This document shows, in pieces, positions 58,651 to 64,000 of a DNA stretch of 64,000 nt; position 1 is the stretch's first letter, and every line of letters begins with the position of its first letter. The notes under the pieces were generated by a model. It made no database searches. It saw nothing but the letters and a program-made list of their open reading frames with translations, and was not told the DNA's origin. This DNA is from the human T2T-CHM13v2.0 reference genome, Homo sapiens: NCBI RefSeq assembly GCF_009914755.1, contig NC_060929.1. One strand, 5' to 3'. A program made the translations under genes and the position numbers.

Positions 58651-59165
58651 TGCAGGACAAGACCCCAGTTGGCCTTGGTGACCCTGTTCTTCCCCACCTT
58701 TCTTGGTTTTAATTCTCAAGAAGAACTGTAGAATGTGCAAGGAATGTAACATCCGGAGATAAAGAGGAACTGAGCAGGCGGGGCTCTGTTCTTGTCCTTC
58801 CTAGAGTAGAATGTCCAGCAACACTTTTTACCCAGTGTGTTAAGTTGATCCCCAGTATAAAACCCAGAATGAAGTGCCTTTAGGGGGCACTTCAGCTGCA
58901 GTGTCACATGTGGCATGTGCAGATGAGACTCCATCAGCCCTGGGCAGCTTTCCTGAGCCTTAAAGGACCAGCTTGCCATGAATCCTAGACTTCTATTGTC
59001 CCTTGCAGCCTACCTGTGGGTAATAAAGTTGCTTTGCTTAATTTGTTGTGTGAGCTCTATCTCACCAGTCTCACGCAAGTGGACTGATACTAGTGCATGG
59101 CATTGGCAAGGTGTGCAGAGTCCTCCCCTGGGACTGATACTGGTGTACGGTGAGCCTGTTTCACA
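58651..59165 (+). mobile_element. ERV solo LTR (ERVL, LTR32-like)
   Basis: TG...CA ends; TSD atgcc/ctgcc; TATAAAA at 58856; AATAAA at 59022. Confidence 0.75.
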
Positions 59166-59188
59166 CTGCCTTCTAAAAATAGAAAGGG

Positions 59189-59471
<283 letters not shown>

Positions 59472-59479
59472 ATTAGAAT

Positions 59480-59770
59480 GGACCAGGCCAGGTGGCTCAT
59501 GCTTATAATCCCAGCACTTTAGGAGGCCGAGGCGGGAGGATCACTTGAGGTCAGGAATTCAAGATCAGCATGGCCAACATGGTGATCTTGTCTCCACTAA
59601 AAATACAAAAATTAGCTGGGTAAGGTAGTGCATGCGTGTCATCCTAGCTACTGGGGAGGCTGAGGCAGGAGAATTGCTTGAACATGGGAGGCAGAGGTTG
59701 CAGTGAACTGAGGCCACACCACTGCACTCCAGCCTGGGTGACAGAGCAAGACTCTGTCTCAAAAAAAAAA
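59480..59770 (+). mobile_element. AluS
   Basis: Dimer with a small deletion; TSD aattagratgga. Confidence 0.92.
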
Positions 59771-60239
59771 GAATTAGGATGGATTATACTACTACTTGAT
59801 CTCTTTTAGTAAATGTATTTAATGTTTTAATTGTGAAATATTTGATGGTGAAATTTGGGAAGATTCTTGATGCTTGAAACCATATTTGCTTGGAGAATAT
59901 ATTGTAATAATTGCAGGAAAGGAAATTTTATATATTTCTGGCAATGAGTTATGCCTATGACAGTATGCTTATTACTCTAAATCAGGCTCAGTGTGCCATT
60001 CATAATAAGTAAGTCATGCCCGGTTCAAGTTTCTTTTTAATGTAGTGTATGCAAGTTTTACAGAAAGATCAAGTAATATGCTTCTTTCTTTTAAGAACAT
60101 GAAAAGAGCATGCTTCACCATTAATTAGTGTCTATATTAGTAAAAGACACTTTTTATTCCAGTTGTTTCCCATGCCATCAAGGCAGCATTCAATTTTTAG
60201 ATATAGCAACTTTATTGAGCTTTATATTTTTACATAACA

Positions 60240-60365
60240 GATTTATTTAAAAATATTTTATTATTTAGAACAGTTTTAGGTTCACAGAGAAATTGACAGG
60301 AAACAATAGAGATTTCCTATTTTCCACATGCACAGCCTCTCTCATTATTGCTATTCCCTATTCAC
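60240..60365 (-). mobile_element. L1MB/MC 3' end fragment
   Basis: tttagaacagttttaggttcacagagaaattg. Confidence 0.65.
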
Positions 60366-60844
60366 TGTCAACTTAAAAAAATCAGTATGTATAGCATTTT
60401 CTTAGCTCTGTATGTGCATATGACAGTGATTGATGTTCATCTAGTTTTGAACCATTTTGATTGCTTTCTTAATCTGGATAGACAAGGTGGTGAGTACGAT
60501 AGAAGCTACAGCTCTTTTTTTCCAGAGATGCTATAATGAATATTGGATGTTTTGTGAAAGACAAAAGTAACCCTCTTTTGTAATTATAACAAGTAATATA
60601 AAAAAGAATATTTTTGAAGCGTAAAGGAAAATATTCAGATTACATTATTGTTTACTCTGGATTAAGAAAAAACTCTATATTGTATTTTTCTCAAATGGGA
60701 ATAGCATACATATGATGCTTGTCATCCAGAATCCCTCTGTATTTCCAAACTGAATATTAGGTGCAATATTCTTTTGATACTTTTCATATCTACTCTCTAA
60801 AATTAATACTCTCTCTTCTACTGATGTTCCTAATATTACAATTA

Positions 60845-61270
60845 ATATATCAATGCTTACTGTTTACCATATTGTGGACATTCTGCTAAACAAGGCACGT
60901 ATAATTGTTCAATTTTCCTTCCAAAATCTGAGATAAATACTATTATTTTATTCTTAAGGAGAGTTTTATAAAAACAACTAAGACTCAGAGAGAGATTTAG
61001 TATCCTTCCCAAGACTCAATCTGATGGAAGCTAGACTTGACTTGGGATTTTTCTGACTAAAAATTGTGATTCTTGGCATCTGTGGTAGGACAATTCTTTA
61101 TTGTGTAACTCTTTGCTGAGCACTGCAGGACAGTTAGTATCTCTGGTTCTACTCTCTAAGTGATAGGAACACCTTCCATCAATGTGTTATCAATAAATAC
61201 CTCCACCCATTTTCAAACATCCTTTGGGGAAGGTGGTCCCAGTACAACTCTGGTGGAAAATCATTGCTGT
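60845..61270. mobile_element. MIR (minus) followed by a MER20-like fragment
   Basis: aactaagactcagagagag..ttcccaag; ggacaattcttt...gcactgcaggacagttagtatc. Confidence 0.5.
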
Positions 61271-61299
61271 GATGAAACAATGAAAATCATTAAGTGGTC

Positions 61300-61655
61300 T
61301 GTGTTAGTCCACTTTATGCTTCTATAAAGAATACCAGAGACTAGGTAATTTATAAAGACTTATTTCTTACAGTTCTGGAGCCTGGGAAATCCAAGGTTAA
61401 GAAGTCCACATCTGTGGCAAGAGCCTTCTTGCTGCATCATCCCATGGCAGAAGGTGGAAGGGCAAGAGAGAGCAAGAGCGAACAAGAGGTTGAACTCAGA
61501 GCCTCAAGCCCTTTTATAATCAGCGTGATTCCCTTCATGTAATTGGAGCCTTCATTACCTAAACACCTCACATTATGCTCCGCCTTCTAACACCTGTGCC
61601 TTGGGGATTAAGTTTTGAACACATGCCTTTTGGGAGACACATTTGAACCATAACA
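61300..61655 (-). mobile_element. MST (MSTC-like) solo LTR
   Basis: tgtgttagtcc...gaaccataaca; TSD tggtc/tgctc. Confidence 0.85.
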
Positions 61656-62579
61656 TGCTCAAAGAATGAAAAGTTTAAGGGAAAGCCATTGCAAGATTAG
61701 TTCATATAATCATCATGACTGTGAACCTAACTAGGTTTGGCTGAGGTCTCCTTGTAGAATAGGCATAAAGGGAAACAAAAGGTGGAAATGGCTTCATATT
61801 TGAAAGGCCCAACTGCCTTTATAAAAAGCTACATGGTGTCCTCAACGTAGTCTCGGCAGCTATGGGTGTTTCATGGTTGTAGTTAAAAGCAGAAGAGTTT
61901 TTGCACATAGTCCCAAACCCAAAGCAAAACTCCAGTTCCTAGAAAAATTAGCCTAAGGATATAAAATGGATGGACTTACCAGAACCATGTTCAAGGTACA
62001 GTGTCCTTAGTTTCCTTTAAAGTCTTTAGCACAGCTGTTGGATATGGGATATGAAGTCAAAACAATGTCTAGCAGAGAGTGTGATCCACTTGTGCACCAG
62101 AGAGTGGGTGTGGTAAAATTTTACACCGTCTCAGGTGAGGATTGGTTATAGGGACTGGGCAGGACAGTATATTCGAGAGGCTAGAAATAAGGTAAAACCT
62201 GTAAACAATGAGGATGAAAAGACAGACTGAGCAATTTGCTCCCTCTGACTGAGGTGGTTTGGTAGCGTGAGGTAGATTTGAGTGGGGTAAAATGAAAGTA
62301 AACAAAGAAAAGTAAACAAAGAAAAAGTGGTTTAACCATATCCTCAGCTCCTGAATAGCTCAAAGTGCACCACAGGCAGGAGTCAGGGTAATGGGTAAGT
62401 CTGATACAAAAATTCTCAGTAACAGTGTTTACATGTACCATTGTATTTCTAAAAAAGTTCTTATTTGGAAACTCAATTTAAAATTTTAAGTGGTCAGTGT
62501 TTTCACCATGACTAAGTTACAAGTAAGTTTGGGGATATTTGTTAGACTTCTTGACCTCTCAATGTCTGAAGCTTTGACT

Positions 62580-62900
62580 TATGTGTGAAAAATGCCTGGT
62601 AAGAAGTAGAGCTTGCTTCCTGAAAATGTCAGATATTCATGTCCTGAGCATCCCTTCTATGGACACATGACCTAGGTGCTGCCAATCAAATTCCCTCACC
62701 AGAGTCCTTGGCAAAAATCTGGTGAAAGGAGGAAGGATGGACCTTGTAGAATCCACTCAGGAGATGATGATTACTTCTGTGTTATTGTATCTAGTTTATA
62801 GAAGAAGGCTACGTGTGGATCCAGTGGCAGCCTCTACAGCCCACTGATAACTGTATGGCCTAACTTGCGGCATCTTGTACTCAGTGGAAGTAGCAGTGGT
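62580..62900 (+). mobile_element. Old ERVL LTR (LTR33-like) remnant
   Basis: gacacatgacctaggtgctgccaatca motif; gtggcagc/agtagcagtgg tract. Confidence 0.4.
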
Positions 62901-63039
62901 GAACATTTGTTTTAACTGTAGAGTTTAGCCCTTGCAAATGTTCTGTGTGTATCTAAAATTGAGATATACTTTATATACATTAAATTGCACACACCTTATG
63001 TATTTAATTTGTTCATTTTTGACAATTTTATACACCTAC

Positions 63040-63263
63040 CCTTGGATCCTGAAGACCTTTGAAGTCCTTCCACTTTTAAGGACCTTGTGGATTACATTGG
63101 GTCTACCTGGAAAATCCAGGATGATCTCTATATTTTAAGGTAAAATGATTAGCAACCTTGATTTTGTCTGCAACATTAATTCCTATTTCCCATGTAACCT
63201 AATGCACAGGCTCCAGGGATTAGAGCATGGGCATTTTTGGGTGTTTATCATTCCACATACACA
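63040..63263 (-). mobile_element. MLT1 (D/E-like) LTR fragment
   Basis: ttttaaggaccttgtggattacattggg...aatccaggatgatctc...ccagggattag. Confidence 0.75.
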
Positions 63264-63264
63264 C

Positions 63265-64000
63265 TCAGAGAACATACATACTTTGTATGATTCAATCTTT
63301 TTAAATGTCTGAGAATTGTTCTACAGCCAGGAATATAGTCAATCTTGTTGGGTGCTATATGTGCACTAGGAAATAATGTTTTCTTCTGTGTTGAGGTGGA
63401 ATGTTTGAGTAAGTGTAAATTAGGTCAAGTAGGTTATATCCTTGTTGATTGTTCTATTTGTTTTAATGATTGCTGAGAGAGAAGTATTGAAATTTCCAAC
63501 TATAATTGAGAGTTTTTTATTTCTCTTTTCAATTCTATACATTTTTCCTTCATATATTTTGAAGCTGTATTATTAGTTCCATATGCATTTAGTTTCCTGA
63601 CTTCATGTCCCCCCCAACTTTTTTTTTTTTTTTTTTTTTGAGATAGGGTCTCATTCTGTAGCCCAGGCTGGAGTGTAGTGGTGTGATTATAGCTCACTAT
63701 GGCCTCAACATCCCCAGGCTCAGATGATCATCCCACCTCAGCCTCCTGAGAATCTTGGACTGCAGGTGTGTGCTACCATACCCGGATAATTTTCTTTTTG
63801 TTTTTGTTTTTGTTTTGTAATGACAGACTTTGTCATGTTGTCCAGGCTTGTCTTCAACTCCTGGGCTCAAGTGATCCACCTGCCTCAACCTTCCAAAGTG
63901 CTGCGATTACAAAGTGCTAGAACTTTTGTCATTACAAAATATGCTTCTTTATACCTGGCAATATCTCTTGTTCTGGAGACTACTTTGTCTAACATGAATG
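63265..64000 (-). mobile_element. Old L1M ORF2 (endonuclease region) fragment
   Basis: NAYGTNNTASKYMKEKCIELKREI on the minus strand. Confidence 0.75.
63619..63917 (-). mobile_element. AluJ
   Basis: T tract, atagctcact, tcctgggctcaagtgatcc. Confidence 0.9.

Overview
AT-rich, CpG-poor primate (human-like) intronic or intergenic DNA, more than half of it interspersed repeats. I see no credible host protein-coding exon, CpG island or intact RNA gene; the recognisable ORFs in the track are L1, THE1 or Alu remnants. Main elements: a full-length but disabled L1PA4/5-type LINE (31.3-37.4 kb); a near full-length L1PB-type LINE (38.1-46.6 kb) interrupted by a complete two-LTR THE1 provirus; an old antisense L1M with nested Alu, MST and L1PA insertions; about 12 Alus; several MaLR/ERVL solo LTRs; Tc2-type DNA transposon fossils; and MIR/L2 relics. 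The most interesting observations are a tail-less BC200 retrocopy, a ~105-bp templated copy of nearby unique DNA pasted into an L1, a 5S-derived (AmnSINE1-like) fossil, a frame-shifted and extended L1 ORF0, a twin-primed L1, a scrambled L1/MST mosaic and an Alu-Alu fusion under one TSD. I found no evidence for a new multi-gene system. Subfamily names are from recalled consensus sequences and need RepeatMasker/Dfam confirmation.
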